DNA of 64,000 bases from contig JAGDXS010000003.1 in assembly GCA_023261755.1 (NCBI GenBank), positions 3,153-67,152 of the forward strand, in the 5' to 3' direction. This document shows, in pieces, positions 40,842 through 50,582 of the stretch (the first letter of the stretch is position 1; every line of letters starts with the position of its first letter). The notes beneath the pieces are model-generated. The model searched no databases, was not told the origin of the DNA, and was given only the letters and a program-made list of their open reading frames with translations. The position numbers and the translations under genes were made by a program. This DNA comes from Thermoplasmata archaeon (GTDB lineage Archaea > Thermoplasmatota > Thermoplasmata > Thermoplasmatales > ARK-15).

Positions 40842-41753
40842 ATGCTAAGCTTAACAGAAATTCTATCCAGTTACGAAATAGAATATATGACCTATTTAAA
40901 AAAGAATGATATAAATAATGCTAAAAAGGTAATGGAAAAAATTTTTAAGATGGTAGATGAGGAGGGTGTTATGCCATCTGAATTTCGCCAGGTGCATAAA
41001 ATATTCTTTAATCTCTTTGATAGCTATATCTCAATATCAGATTTTTTAAATGCTGCAAAAACATTTGAGTATTTGGTAGCTCTTAGGGCGAATCTAAATC
41101 AAATCAAACCAAGGGCAATAACATTAATAAAAAATGCTTATAACAAAAAAATAAACATAGATAATACTATAAAGACTATAAAAAATATATTTGGTAATGA
41201 TAAAGAGGTAATGGATGTATTTAACCAGTTCAATACATCTCACACACAGATTAACAAAACAGAAAATAAGGAAATTATTAAAACTGAAAAAAACGTAGAT
41301 TTAAAAGATAGAAAAGTTATAGATCTGGCATTGGAACTTGCTGATGTTTATGAAAAAAAGAGTAATTTTATTATGGCTTTGCAAATTATTAATGATTTAT
41401 TGAAAGATTATCCAAATAATGAAGATGCTTTAAAAATGAAATCTAGGTTGGAAATTAAAATTAAAAATAATGAAGAATTGAACACTATGCCTGAAACTAA
41501 AAATATTTTAAATCAAAATCCCATAAATGATATAATTAATCTTATAGACTCAGGTGATCTCGTAAAGGCAAACCAGAAAAGCCTGGAGCTAATTTCAAAA
41601 AACCCAAATGAACCTAAATTTTGGTTATTGAGGGCAGTAATCGCCTATAAAAATAAGGATTTCAATGCCTACAGAAATTTTATTTCTTACGCTTCAAAGT
41701 TGGACAAAAATATATTAAATGACAGCATTTATAAAAAATATATTGAGAAATAA
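40842..41753 (+). CDS. Hypothetical TPR-like helical-repeat protein
   Basis: TPR-like segments occur near the C-terminus (ALQIINDLLKDYPNNEDAL; LELISKNPNEPKFWLLRAVIAY). No enzymatic motif was seen. Confidence 0.45.
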   Translation: MLSLTEILSSYEIEYMTYLKKNDINNAKKVMEKIFKMVDEEGVMPSEFRQVHKIFFNLFDSYISISDFLNAAKTFEYLVALRANLNQIKPRAITLIKNAYNKKINIDNTIKTIKNIFGNDKEVMDVFNQFNTSHTQINKTENKEIIKTEKNVDLKDRKVIDLALELADVYEKKSNFIMALQIINDLLKDYPNNEDALKMKSRLEIKIKNNEELNTMPETKNILNQNPINDIINLIDSGDLVKANQKSLELISKNPNEPKFWLLRAVIAYKNKDFNAYRNFISYASKLDKNILNDSIYKKYIEK

Positions 41754-41990
41754 TTAAAAAATTATATGAATTTTTAAATTTATTTAATTAACAAGAAGCT
41801 ATTTTTAAAATCTGATTTTAATTACATTAATAATTTAAATGAGCCATAATATAATGCTAACTGCGTTAATTATATTTGCTTTCTGAATAATATTTCTATG
41901 TGGGCAGGAACTTTAAGTGGAATTTTTAATTCCAATATGTATTTGTTTATATTTTATTTTATGATATTTAAAAATAATATATATAAAAAA

Positions 41991-43442
41991 TTATTTGTGA
42001 GGATAATTTGGTACCTCCGTTATTATTGTAACATCATGTGGATGACTTTCCCTCAGACCTTCTCCTGTCATTCTTATGAACTTTGCATTTTTCCTTAATT
42101 CTTCTATATTGGAAGCTCCAACATATCCCATCCCCGATTTCAATCCACCAATTAGTTGGAATACAACATCCTCCACCTTTCCCTTATACGGTACAGCTCC
42201 CTCTACACCTTCAGCAACATACTTTGCTTCTCCTATTTTACCATATCTATCAGATATGCCTTTCTGTATTACTCCCAAAGAACCCATTCCTCTATATGTT
42301 TTGTATTTCCTTCCTCCTATAATTATTTCCTGACCTGGCGATTCATCTGTTCCTGCAAGAAGATTCCCAAGCATTACTGCGTTTGCTCCAGCTGCTATTG
42401 CCTTTACAATATCACCTGAATACCTTATACCTCCATCTGCAATGATAGGAATTCCATATGATTCAGCAACATCTGCCACCTGTGAAATAGCCTCAAGTTG
42501 AGGGACCCCAACTCCAGCGACTATTCTTGTTGTACAAATGGATCCTGGACCTATTCCTACTCTTAGACCATCTACGCCCAGAGAAATTAAGTCTTCAGCT
42601 GCTTCTGATGTTGCAATATTTCCAGCAATTATATCAATATCCAAAATTTTTCTAATTTCTTTAATACCATCCATTACCTTAGTGTTATGAGCATGGGCTG
42701 TATCTATTACAATCACATCAACACCTTCTTTTTCTAAGATCTCAGCCCTTCTTGTATCAAATGGACCTACAGCCGCTCCAACAATTAATCTACCTTCCTT
42801 GTCTCTTATTGATGTTGGATATTTTTCTCTCTTCAAAATATCCTTTGCCGTTATTAATCCCTTTAATTTACCATCTTTTCCAACTATTGGTAGTTTTTCT
42901 ATTTTCTTATCCTGCATGATTGAAAGAGCCTTTTCTAATGTTATGTCCTCATCCCCAACAATAAGATTTTTGCTCATTATATCGTTCACTTTTATATCTA
43001 AATTTTTTAAAAATCTCACATCCCTTTCTGTAATTATTCCAACTAATTTATCATCATCTATCACGGGAAGACCTGCAATTTTTTTCTCCTTCATTATCTT
43101 TATTGCTTCCTTAACATCCATTCCAGGTGAAATTGTTATTACATCCCTTATTATGAGGCTCTCTTCCCTTTTAACCATTCTTACTGCATTCCTCTGCTCC
43201 TCTATTGTTTGATTTCTATGTATAATACCTATACCGCCAAGATGTGCCATACCTATTGCCATCTCTGGGCCTGTGACAGTATCCATTGGAGAGCTTACAA
43301 TAGGAATGTTCAATACAATATTTTTTGATATCTCAGTTTTTGTTTCTGCCTCTTTTGGATCTATCCTAGTTTTTGATGGAATTAAAAGCACATCATCAAA
43401 GGTAAGACCTAGCTTAATTTTCTCAAACTTTTCGCTGTACAT
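41991..43442 (-). CDS. guaB: IMP dehydrogenase with CBS pair
   Basis: Motifs [26 protein letters not shown] and GGIRYSGD are present, along with a tandem CBS insert. Confidence 0.9.
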   Translation of the reverse strand: MYSEKFEKIKLGLTFDDVLLIPSKTRIDPKEAETKTEISKNIVLNIPIVSSPMDTVTGPEMAIGMAHLGGIGIIHRNQTIEEQRNAVRMVKREESLIIRDVITISPGMDVKEAIKIMKEKKIAGLPVIDDDKLVGIITERDVRFLKNLDIKVNDIMSKNLIVGDEDITLEKALSIMQDKKIEKLPIVGKDGKLKGLITAKDILKREKYPTSIRDKEGRLIVGAAVGPFDTRRAEILEKEGVDVIVIDTAHAHNTKVMDGIKEIRKILDIDIIAGNIATSEAAEDLISLGVDGLRVGIGPGSICTTRIVAGVGVPQLEAISQVADVAESYGIPIIADGGIRYSGDIVKAIAAGANAVMLGNLLAGTDESPGQEIIIGGRKYKTYRGMGSLGVIQKGISDRYGKIGEAKYVAEGVEGAVPYKGKVEDVVFQLIGGLKSGMGYVGASNIEELRKNAKFIRMTGEGLRESHPHDVTIITEVPNYPHK

Positions 43443-43466
43443 GCATTAATAATTATCCAAGATTAT

Positions 43467-43997
43467 TTAAATCTTACCAGTTGAACGCCAGAACTCAATA
43501 AAGCGTTCAACTATTTTGTCTGAGAAACTTTCTTTATATTTAATTAATGTCCTCGAGACAAGTTCTGGATCTTTAATAAAATAAAAAACATTTTTTCCCT
43601 CCTTTTCCGTTAACAATATTCCAGAGGATTCCATTTTCTTAATATGGTATAAGATAGTTTGATTCTTTAAATTTAAATTCCTTGAAATGTCAGTTAAACT
43701 TTCTTTCCCATTCATTAAAATTTCTACAATTATGCTTCTTTGCACAGGCTGCCTTAAGTATGGTAATATTTTCTTTTCCTGTGGAAATTCCATTGGATTT
43801 GGGTAATATCTCTTATATCCCATTTCTTCCTTTCCCACAATAAGATTTTCCTTTTCTAAAACTGAAAGATTATATTGAAGGTCTCCAACATTTATATCAA
43901 GTATTCTTATCAATTCCCTGAAATGCAATCCAGGATTCTTTTTGATTGCTTCGTATATTCTTTTCCTCTTTTCTATATCGAGAGGCAAATACCTCAC
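43467..43997 (-). CDS. Transcriptional regulator with two ArsR/wHTH-type domains
   Basis: Two wHTH units are present (IYEAIKKNPGLHFRELIRILDINVGDLQYNLSVLEKENLI and IIVEILMNGKESLTDISRNLNLKNQTILYHIKKMESSGIL). I prefer the GTG at 43997, which overlaps the upstream TGA as GTGA. The ORF-track ATG at 44060 would overlap the upstream gene by 67 nt. Confidence 0.6.
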   Translation of the reverse strand: MRYLPLDIEKRKRIYEAIKKNPGLHFRELIRILDINVGDLQYNLSVLEKENLIVGKEEMGYKRYYPNPMEFPQEKKILPYLRQPVQRSIIVEILMNGKESLTDISRNLNLKNQTILYHIKKMESSGILLTEKEGKNVFYFIKDPELVSRTLIKYKESFSDKIVERFIEFWRSTGKI

Positions 43998-44245
43998 CTT
44001 AATATAAGGGTAAGGTATAAAATAATCAATGCTGCAATATCTGGAATAAAATAATACCATATTGGAAAAGAAATTCCAGTAAAATCAGAAATAATAAATA
44101 TTATAGATTTCAAGGAAAAAATAAAAAATACAAAAGAAAGATAGATGAATCTCTTTTCTCTCATATTTCTCCATGATCTTATTCCTAGATATAGGAAAAA
44201 TATGGACAATGACAATAATATGCCCGCCAATATTTCTGCTATCAT
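43994..44245 (-). CDS. Hypothetical small membrane protein (3 TM)
   Basis: It is 83 aa with three hydrophobic segments and appears translationally coupled to the downstream regulator. Confidence 0.4.
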   Translation of the reverse strand: MIAEILAGILLSLSIFFLYLGIRSWRNMREKRFIYLSFVFFIFSLKSIIFIISDFTGISFPIWYYFIPDIAALIILYLTLILR

Positions 44246-44307
44246 ATTTTAACAAATATTCAATGGGAATATAAAGTTTTAATAAGTAAACATATTTTTT
44301 AAAAAAC

Positions 44308-45594
44308 GTGTGGATTGGAATAGATGATACAGATTCCAGTACTGGTATGTGTACAACTTACTTAGCCATGGTTATTGCAGGAACCATGGACCTAGATTTA
44401 ATTAAATTTCCAAGGCTTGTGAGATTAAATCCGAATATACCATGGAAAACAAGAGGTAATGCTGCAATTTCATTGAATGTTGGAATAGGCAAAGGAAAAA
44501 AAATAAAAATTGGGGAATTCAATTCAAATGAAATTTATTCATATGAATATGGAGATGATTCTTCCCTTGATGAAAGAGATATACTAGAAAAATTAAAAAA
44601 AATTGTGGAAAAATATGCAGTAATGGATGAGGAAAAAACTTCTCCTGGCATAGTTGTTACAAGAAAAAAAATAAGTGAAAAATTGTATTGGAAAGCGGTA
44701 AGGTCAGTAATTGATTTAAATGAAATTTTTTCTTATCTGGAAAATGCATCATACTTTGGATATAAATATAAAAGGGGTTTGATAGGCGCTTCTTCAGCAA
44801 TATCATGGAAACCAAAAAGAAAAACTTACGAGCTTTTGACTTATTTGCCTGAAGATAAATGGAACGGAGAGAGATTCATAGATAAAAAATCTGTAATCTT
44901 GATGGATAAAAAAATAAAAACAACATTTGAGAATTTTGATTACAACAACGATCATATTGCCATTAAACCTGAAACAAAAACACCAGTTCTTTTTGGCATT
45001 AGAGGTACAAATGTGAACGACCTTGAAATGGCAAGAAAAATTGTTAAAAGTGATCCATATTTTTCTTATTTAATTTTTGAAACAAACCAGGGAACTGACG
45101 ATCATCTTGTTAAAAAGAAAATTTCAGAAATAAAACCATATGATTCTGTAATACTAGATTGTGAGGTGTTGGAAAAACCTAAAACAATTCCTGGAGGACA
45201 TGTAATTTTCAAGGTAAAGGATAGAACAGGTGAAATTTTTGCTGCCGCTTATGAAAAAACTAAGGAATTCAGGGAAATTATAAAAAATCTAGATGTTGGT
45301 GATGAAATAAAAATATTCGGAAGCGTAAAAAAGTATCCTAAAACATTGAACATTGAAAAAATATTGATAAAGAATTTGGCTGAAATAAAAATAAAGGTAA
45401 TACCAATTTGTCCAAAATGTGGAAAAAAAATGGAATCCGCTGGTAAAAATAAAGGCTATAGATGCAGAAATTGTGGCACATTTACTAATGAAATAAAATA
45501 TGAAAAAATTGAAAGAAACATAAACCCAGGATTATATCAGGTACCTGTAATTGCAAGAAGGCATCTCTCAAAACCCGTTGAATTTTTCAGGTAA
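44308..45594 (+). CDS. tiaS: tRNA(Ile2) 2-agmatinylcytidine synthetase
   Basis: The N-terminus is WIGIDDTDSSTGMCTTYL. An OB-like region and a C-terminal zinc ribbon (CPKCGKKM...CRNCG) follow. The start codon is GTG. Confidence 0.85.
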   Translation: MWIGIDDTDSSTGMCTTYLAMVIAGTMDLDLIKFPRLVRLNPNIPWKTRGNAAISLNVGIGKGKKIKIGEFNSNEIYSYEYGDDSSLDERDILEKLKKIVEKYAVMDEEKTSPGIVVTRKKISEKLYWKAVRSVIDLNEIFSYLENASYFGYKYKRGLIGASSAISWKPKRKTYELLTYLPEDKWNGERFIDKKSVILMDKKIKTTFENFDYNNDHIAIKPETKTPVLFGIRGTNVNDLEMARKIVKSDPYFSYLIFETNQGTDDHLVKKKISEIKPYDSVILDCEVLEKPKTIPGGHVIFKVKDRTGEIFAAAYEKTKEFREIIKNLDVGDEIKIFGSVKKYPKTLNIEKILIKNLAEIKIKVIPICPKCGKKMESAGKNKGYRCRNCGTFTNEIKYEKIERNINPGLYQVPVIARRHLSKPVEFFR

Positions 45595-46347
45595 TATATA
45601 AGCTATCTTTTCCCCGCCATTTCTTATAATCTTTCCCTTAATTCCATAGGCAATTTCTATATTCTTCTCATTTATCACATTTTCAGGCTCTCCAAATGCT
45701 AGTATGTTACCATTATGAATTAAAGCAATTTTTGTGCAGTACCTTACTGCTAAATTTACATCATGCATGCTCATCAATATTGTTTTGCCTTGGGATCTCA
45801 TCCTCTCTATTATATCGAGAATTTCAATCTGATATTTAATGTCCAGATTGCTTGTTGGCTCATCTAAGAGAATTATTTCTGGATCCTGGGCAATTGCCCT
45901 TGCAATGAATACCCTTTGCCTTTCTCCTCCTGAAATTTGTCTAGTGCTTTTATTTCTTAAATCATAAATTTCAGTTTTTTTCAATGCTTCTATTATTATA
46001 TTTTTATCTTTCTCAGTTAAAGAATCCATTATGCCCAGATGTGGATACCTTCCCATGGAAACTATTTCAAATACGTTAAAATCGAATGCTGTAGATGTAT
46101 CCTGTGGGACAAAGGCCATAATCCTTGCCAATTCCTTTCTTGAATAATTTTCTATTTTTTTACCATTAATTAAAATTTCTCCCTCTTTCTTTTTCAATAT
46201 TCCGCCAATTAGATTCAAAAGAGTTGTTTTCCCTGATCCATTTGGACCGAGAATACCTAAAATTTCATTATTTTTGACAATAAAGGAAATTCCTTTCAGG
46301 ACTGAATGATCATTGTATGAAAACTTCAAACTTTTTACTTCTATCAT
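45568..46347 (-). CDS. ABC ATPase of the FepC/BtuD (iron-siderophore/cobalamin) type
   Basis: Motifs GPNGSGKTT, ISGGERQR and ILLDEPTSNLD are present. Genomic context is with FecCD-type permease and cob genes. Confidence 0.8.
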   Translation of the reverse strand: MIEVKSLKFSYNDHSVLKGISFIVKNNEILGILGPNGSGKTTLLNLIGGILKKKEGEILINGKKIENYSRKELARIMAFVPQDTSTAFDFNVFEIVSMGRYPHLGIMDSLTEKDKNIIIEALKKTEIYDLRNKSTRQISGGERQRVFIARAIAQDPEIILLDEPTSNLDIKYQIEILDIIERMRSQGKTILMSMHDVNLAVRYCTKIALIHNGNILAFGEPENVINEKNIEIAYGIKGKIIRNGGEKIAYILPEKFNGF

Positions 46348-46351
46348 AATT

Positions 46352-47353
46352 TTACCTCCAGTAATCCCTCTCCCTCATTAAAAGGTATAGGAAAACTGGA
46401 ACTCCTATAATTGAAGTTATTATTCCAACTGGCAATTCTTCAATTATATAAAACGACCTTGCAATTGTATCAGCAATTACCATGTAACCTCCACCTATAA
46501 ATATGGAAGATAATATAACTATCCTATTATTAGGCCCTGTTATAATTCTAACTATATGAGGTATTATTAAACCAACGAATCCTATAATACCTGAAAATGC
46601 TACACTTAACCCGGTTATCAAAGATGATAGGATGAAAAAAATTAGCCTTGATTTTTTTACATCTATTCCAAGGGAATATGCATGATCTTCACCTATCATC
46701 ATCGGATCAATATCTCTCCCCATAATACCCAAAATAATCATTGATGGAATGGCAAATATCATCATTATGTAAACATAATTCCACTGAGCACCACTAAAAC
46801 TCCCCATTAACCAGTAAAAAACTGTCTGAAGGTCCTTACCGTCCATGTACATTAAATATGATACTATTGCACTAAAAAATATTGAAATTCCCAAACCTGC
46901 AAGAAGCATGTTTTCGCTTTTTGGGCCTGTTGAATATGTTGCAATAATAGCAACTAATATTGTTGTGGCCGAAGCTCCTAAAAAGGCTAAAAGAGGCAAA
47001 AAATAGATATTTATTGAAACAAGACCTATTATGATTGAAATCGTTGCTCCAAGAGCAGCACCTGAAGCAGTACCAGTTACGTAAGGATCTGAAAGTGGAT
47101 TCCTAAATATGCCCTGCATAACTGCGCCTGATACAGCTAAAGATGCACCTACTAAAGATGCAAGAATTATTCTAGGCATCCTTAATTCCCATATTATTAT
47201 ATGATACGGACCAGATGCATATGGATTAAAAAGTTCATATATAATTTCCTGTAAAGGTATTGGCACTGGGCCTATTCCAATGGATATAATAATCACTAAA
47301 ATAAAAAAAATAATTGAGAAGGCAATAAATTTTAAACCTCCGATTTTTTTCAT
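46352..47353 (-). CDS. FecCD/BtuC-family ABC permease
   Basis: It has about 9-10 TM segments and the typical RNPLSDPYVTGTASGAALGA segment. Confidence 0.8.
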   Translation of the reverse strand: MKKIGGLKFIAFSIIFFILVIIISIGIGPVPIPLQEIIYELFNPYASGPYHIIIWELRMPRIILASLVGASLAVSGAVMQGIFRNPLSDPYVTGTASGAALGATISIIIGLVSINIYFLPLLAFLGASATTILVAIIATYSTGPKSENMLLAGLGISIFFSAIVSYLMYMDGKDLQTVFYWLMGSFSGAQWNYVYIMMIFAIPSMIILGIMGRDIDPMMIGEDHAYSLGIDVKKSRLIFFILSSLITGLSVAFSGIIGFVGLIIPHIVRIITGPNNRIVILSSIFIGGGYMVIADTIARSFYIIEELPVGIITSIIGVPVFLYLLMRERDYWR

Positions 47354-47934
47354 TATTCTTCACATTCGGTTTCAGGCAATATTTTTTCAATGAACTCCTT
47401 CAGCCATCCTGTTGCTTTACCGTATGCATCTAAAAGCATGGATCTACCTTCACATTCCCTCTTCCTGTATGGGTTTATTTTTAAATATTTATTATAATTT
47501 TCCCTTGCCTCTTTTGCCTCTTCATATAACTTTAATTTTGTACAAGCCACAGATAAAGAAAGCCAGGAATATGCATAATTAGGATCCTCTTTAACTGAAT
47601 TCTTGAACATAAAATATGCTAATTCTGTTTTACCAAGTTTTAATGCAGACCATCCTCCCCATAAATAGGCATGTGCCTTATTCTTATTTTTATCATTAAA
47701 TATGTCTATAAGATGGTATTCAAAAGCCTTTTCATAAGCTGTCTTGCTTCCATCAATGTCACCTATCTTTTCTAAGCAATCTGCATATCCATGCCAAGTT
47801 CCTGCTATCCAGATTGTTGATTTTTTTATTTCCATGTCAAAAATTCTTTTGTATATTTCAGCTCCGTAACTATACTTTTTCATGCAAACCATAGATTCAG
47901 CAACTTTATAATATAAATCAATTTCCTGGGACAT
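47353..47934 (-). CDS. Cytoplasmic TPR-repeat protein co-transcribed with the BtuCD-like genes
   Basis: TPR-like repeats are present (AYEKAFEY..., AYFMFKNSVKEDPNYAYSWLSLSVACTKL, YEEAKEARENYNKYLKINP). Its stop overlaps the permease start by 1 nt. I prefer the ATG at 47934. Confidence 0.5.
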   Translation of the reverse strand: MSQEIDLYYKVAESMVCMKKYSYGAEIYKRIFDMEIKKSTIWIAGTWHGYADCLEKIGDIDGSKTAYEKAFEYHLIDIFNDKNKNKAHAYLWGGWSALKLGKTELAYFMFKNSVKEDPNYAYSWLSLSVACTKLKLYEEAKEARENYNKYLKINPYRKRECEGRSMLLDAYGKATGWLKEFIEKILPETECEE

Positions 47935-47983
47935 CAAGTAAACTTTAAATAATTCAAGTATATTTACTTTTTGGAGGCAAAAA

Positions 47984-48988
47984 ATGAAAAACAGCATTGT
48001 TGCGATAGTATTAGTAATAATAATATTGGCATCATTCTATGGAGGATTTGCACTATCAAAATACCAAGAAAATTCAAATAGTGGAACAAACTCAACTACC
48101 GGTACCAATTTAAATAATCATGCTTTCTATATAACTGTGATAGATGATGAAAATAACATAGTTAAAATAAAACAACCAGTGAATAGAATAGTTTCTTTAG
48201 CACCATCATGCACAGAAATTGCATTTTCTATTGGTCTTGGCCCCAGAATTGTTGGAGATACAATATACGATGAATTTCCTCCTCAGGCTGTGAATATTAC
48301 AAAAATAGGCGGAGTGACAAATGTTTCAGTTGAAAAAGTAATTGAATTGAACCCTAATCTTGTGCTTGCCTATGGTGGATTGAGCAATCCCAATACAATA
48401 ACGCAAATTGAGCAGGCAGGGATTCCAGTAATTATTATGAATCCAAGTAATTTGCTAGATATTTTACATGATGTAATGATTCTAGGTTATGCTACGAATA
48501 CAACGGCGAATGCAACTAAGGTTGTAAATACTATTGAAAATTTTATGACTGATCTCTACAATGCCACATCTAGCATAGTTAATAGATCAACAGTATTTTA
48601 TCTTGGATGGTATCCTGATATGTATACAGCAGGTGAAGATACCTTCATTAATGATATGATAGTTGAAGCTGGAGGAATAAACATAGCTTCTGCAGGATAT
48701 TCATGGTTCATTATGAACCCTGAAACATTGGTAGAGGAGAATCCTCAGTGGATACTTGTATCCCAGAATCAATATTCGATGCTCCAAGAGTTTGAGAATA
48801 ATTCAGCATTTCAGAATATCACAGCTGTCAGATTGCATCATTTTATAATACTTGATGATTATTATATAGAAGAACCAGGTCCACAGATGTTCGTTGGTGT
48901 TGAAATTTTGTTCCAGACCATGTATCCAAATTTGGCAAATGAGATACCAAAAATAACATTGCAAGAACTATTTCCAGGTAATGTATGA
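47984..48988 (+). CDS. Membrane-anchored class-III (BtuF/FhuD-like) substrate-binding protein
   Basis: GGAGG lies upstream of the ATG. It has an N-terminal TM anchor, a Ser/Thr/Asn linker and the RIVSLAPSCTEI motif typical of BtuF-like binding proteins. Many N-x-S/T sequons are present. Confidence 0.7.
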   Translation: MKNSIVAIVLVIIILASFYGGFALSKYQENSNSGTNSTTGTNLNNHAFYITVIDDENNIVKIKQPVNRIVSLAPSCTEIAFSIGLGPRIVGDTIYDEFPPQAVNITKIGGVTNVSVEKVIELNPNLVLAYGGLSNPNTITQIEQAGIPVIIMNPSNLLDILHDVMILGYATNTTANATKVVNTIENFMTDLYNATSSIVNRSTVFYLGWYPDMYTAGEDTFINDMIVEAGGINIASAGYSWFIMNPETLVEENPQWILVSQNQYSMLQEFENNSAFQNITAVRLHHFIILDDYYIEEPGPQMFVGVEILFQTMYPNLANEIPKITLQELFPGNV

Positions 48989-49689
48989 TAACAAGAATAT
49001 ACCACATAACAAAATTTTTAGATCATTCATCATACATTTTTTTTAATGGGTGTAACTGGGACTGTGATTTCTGTATAATGAAAAAATATAAATTTGATAT
49101 ACACCTGCCAGAAAGCCAGATTTCAAATTTTAATTTAAAATTCCTTTCAGTTGAGGACGTGGTTAATATTTTAAAAGAAAACAAAATAATTGAAGTTTTT
49201 TTAGGGGGAGGTGAACCCACAATAGATCCTGCTTTAATTGAATTACTAGAAAGATTGAAATTCCATAATATAAAAATAAATATTCTTACTAATGGTGAAT
49301 TGCTCAATGATAAAATTGTTGATCTTGTAGATAGAATAGCTTTCAGCATAAAGACATTGGATAATGATGCCCACGAAAAAATAGTACACAGATCGAATGC
49401 TAAATCATTGGAAAATTTAAATAAATTTTTCAATGAAAAATTCACATTTGAAACTGTATATTTAAATGAACTTGGATGCAAAAATGTATTGAATATTGCT
49501 AAATTCATTGAAAAATTTAAAGTTGGAGTAACATTGAGAGTAGATCCATTAATACCTGTTAATGACAAATTTTCCATTCCAGACATTAACGAGATAGATA
49601 ATTGCATTGAAATGGTTTCTAAAGCAACTAGTGTAAAGGCCTTCAGAATAAAAGGTAAAGGAAAAAATGCAAAAGTGCTCTATCCATGA
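48985..49689 (+). CDS. Small radical SAM protein of unknown function
   Basis: It has the CxxxCxxC motif CNWDCDFC and the SAM-binding GGGEPT. It is 234 aa and overlaps both neighbours by 4 nt. Confidence 0.65.
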   Translation: MITRIYHITKFLDHSSYIFFNGCNWDCDFCIMKKYKFDIHLPESQISNFNLKFLSVEDVVNILKENKIIEVFLGGGEPTIDPALIELLERLKFHNIKINILTNGELLNDKIVDLVDRIAFSIKTLDNDAHEKIVHRSNAKSLENLNKFFNEKFTFETVYLNELGCKNVLNIAKFIEKFKVGVTLRVDPLIPVNDKFSIPDINEIDNCIEMVSKATSVKAFRIKGKGKNAKVLYP

Positions 49690-50582
49690 ATATTGAAATA
49701 ATTGTTTTAATTATTGCCATTGCAATTGATGCAATTGGTGAATATCCAAATGCAATACATCCAGTTGTATGGATAGGAAAAATTATCTATTTTTTTGACA
49801 ATAAAAGGAAAAGAAGATCAAAATATGTTGAATTTTTTGAGGGTTTTTTTCTCTTCATTTTTGAATCTTCAATTTTTATTCTTATTATATATATTATTTT
49901 AAATTTAAGTTATAAAAATCTCATTATTTATATAATTATACAAGTATTTTTACTTAAATCTTCATTTTCAATTGGATCCTTAATTAGGCATGTTAAAAGA
50001 TGTGAAACGGATGATATTGAAAAATTAAGGAAAAATGTATCCATGATAGTGAGCAGGGATGTAAAAAATCTCGATAAAAATCACCTTTATTCTGCAGCAA
50101 TAGAAAGTGGTGCTGAAAACATAGTAGATTCAATTGTTTCACCTCTTTTTTATTTTATGTTTTTCGGTATCTATGGTGCATTCTTTTTCAGGATTGTAAA
50201 TACTTTTGACGCAATGATTGGATACAGGAATGAAAGGTATGAATACTTTGGAAAATTTGCTGCTAGAATGGACGATATAATGAATTTTATTCCTGCTAGA
50301 ATAACAGGATTAATTTTAATGATATTTTCACCTAAAAGGGTATACGGAAATCTAAAAAAATATAGGAAAATAAAATTGAATGGAATGTATACAATTGCAT
50401 CCATTAGCGCTATTCTAGATGTTAATTTAGAAAAGATTGGATATTACAGAATAGAGGGAAAAAAGGATTGCACACCTTTGGATGTGAAAAAAACAATTAA
50501 TTATATATTGTTTGTAAGTATTATTTGGATTGGAATTGTAATGGCGGTGATGCTTGTTTATGGTTTACCATGGTGGAGCTAA
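49686..50582 (+). CDS. cbiB: Adenosylcobinamide-phosphate synthase
   Basis: The HPVVWIGKII motif is present, it is polytopic, and it sits in a cob context. Confidence 0.8.
   Translation: MNIEIIVLIIAIAIDAIGEYPNAIHPVVWIGKIIYFFDNKRKRRSKYVEFFEGFFLFIFESSIFILIIYIILNLSYKNLIIYIIIQVFLLKSSFSIGSLIRHVKRCETDDIEKLRKNVSMIVSRDVKNLDKNHLYSAAIESGAENIVDSIVSPLFYFMFFGIYGAFFFRIVNTFDAMIGYRNERYEYFGKFAARMDDIMNFIPARITGLILMIFSPKRVYGNLKKYRKIKLNGMYTIASISAILDVNLEKIGYYRIEGKKDCTPLDVKKTINYILFVSIIWIGIVMAVMLVYGLPWWS

Noticed and set aside
41838-41886. A candidate C/D-box sRNA in the 237-nt gap upstream of guaB (AUGAGCC ... CUGA)
   Set aside because: The C box is imperfect, there are no internal C'/D' boxes, and no terminal stem is visible. 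The evidence is too weak to call.
42799-43212. A 137-aa plus-strand ORF antisense to guaB, plus several 79-87-aa ORFs at 42076-42419
   Set aside because: They are shadow ORFs within a highly conserved IMPDH gene.
49023-49607. A 194-aa minus-strand ORF entirely antisense to the radical SAM gene
   Set aside because: It is a low-complexity Ser/Leu/Phe/Asn-rich translation with no motifs. This is typical of a shadow ORF opposite an AT-rich coding region, and the plus-strand gene has clear radical-SAM motifs.
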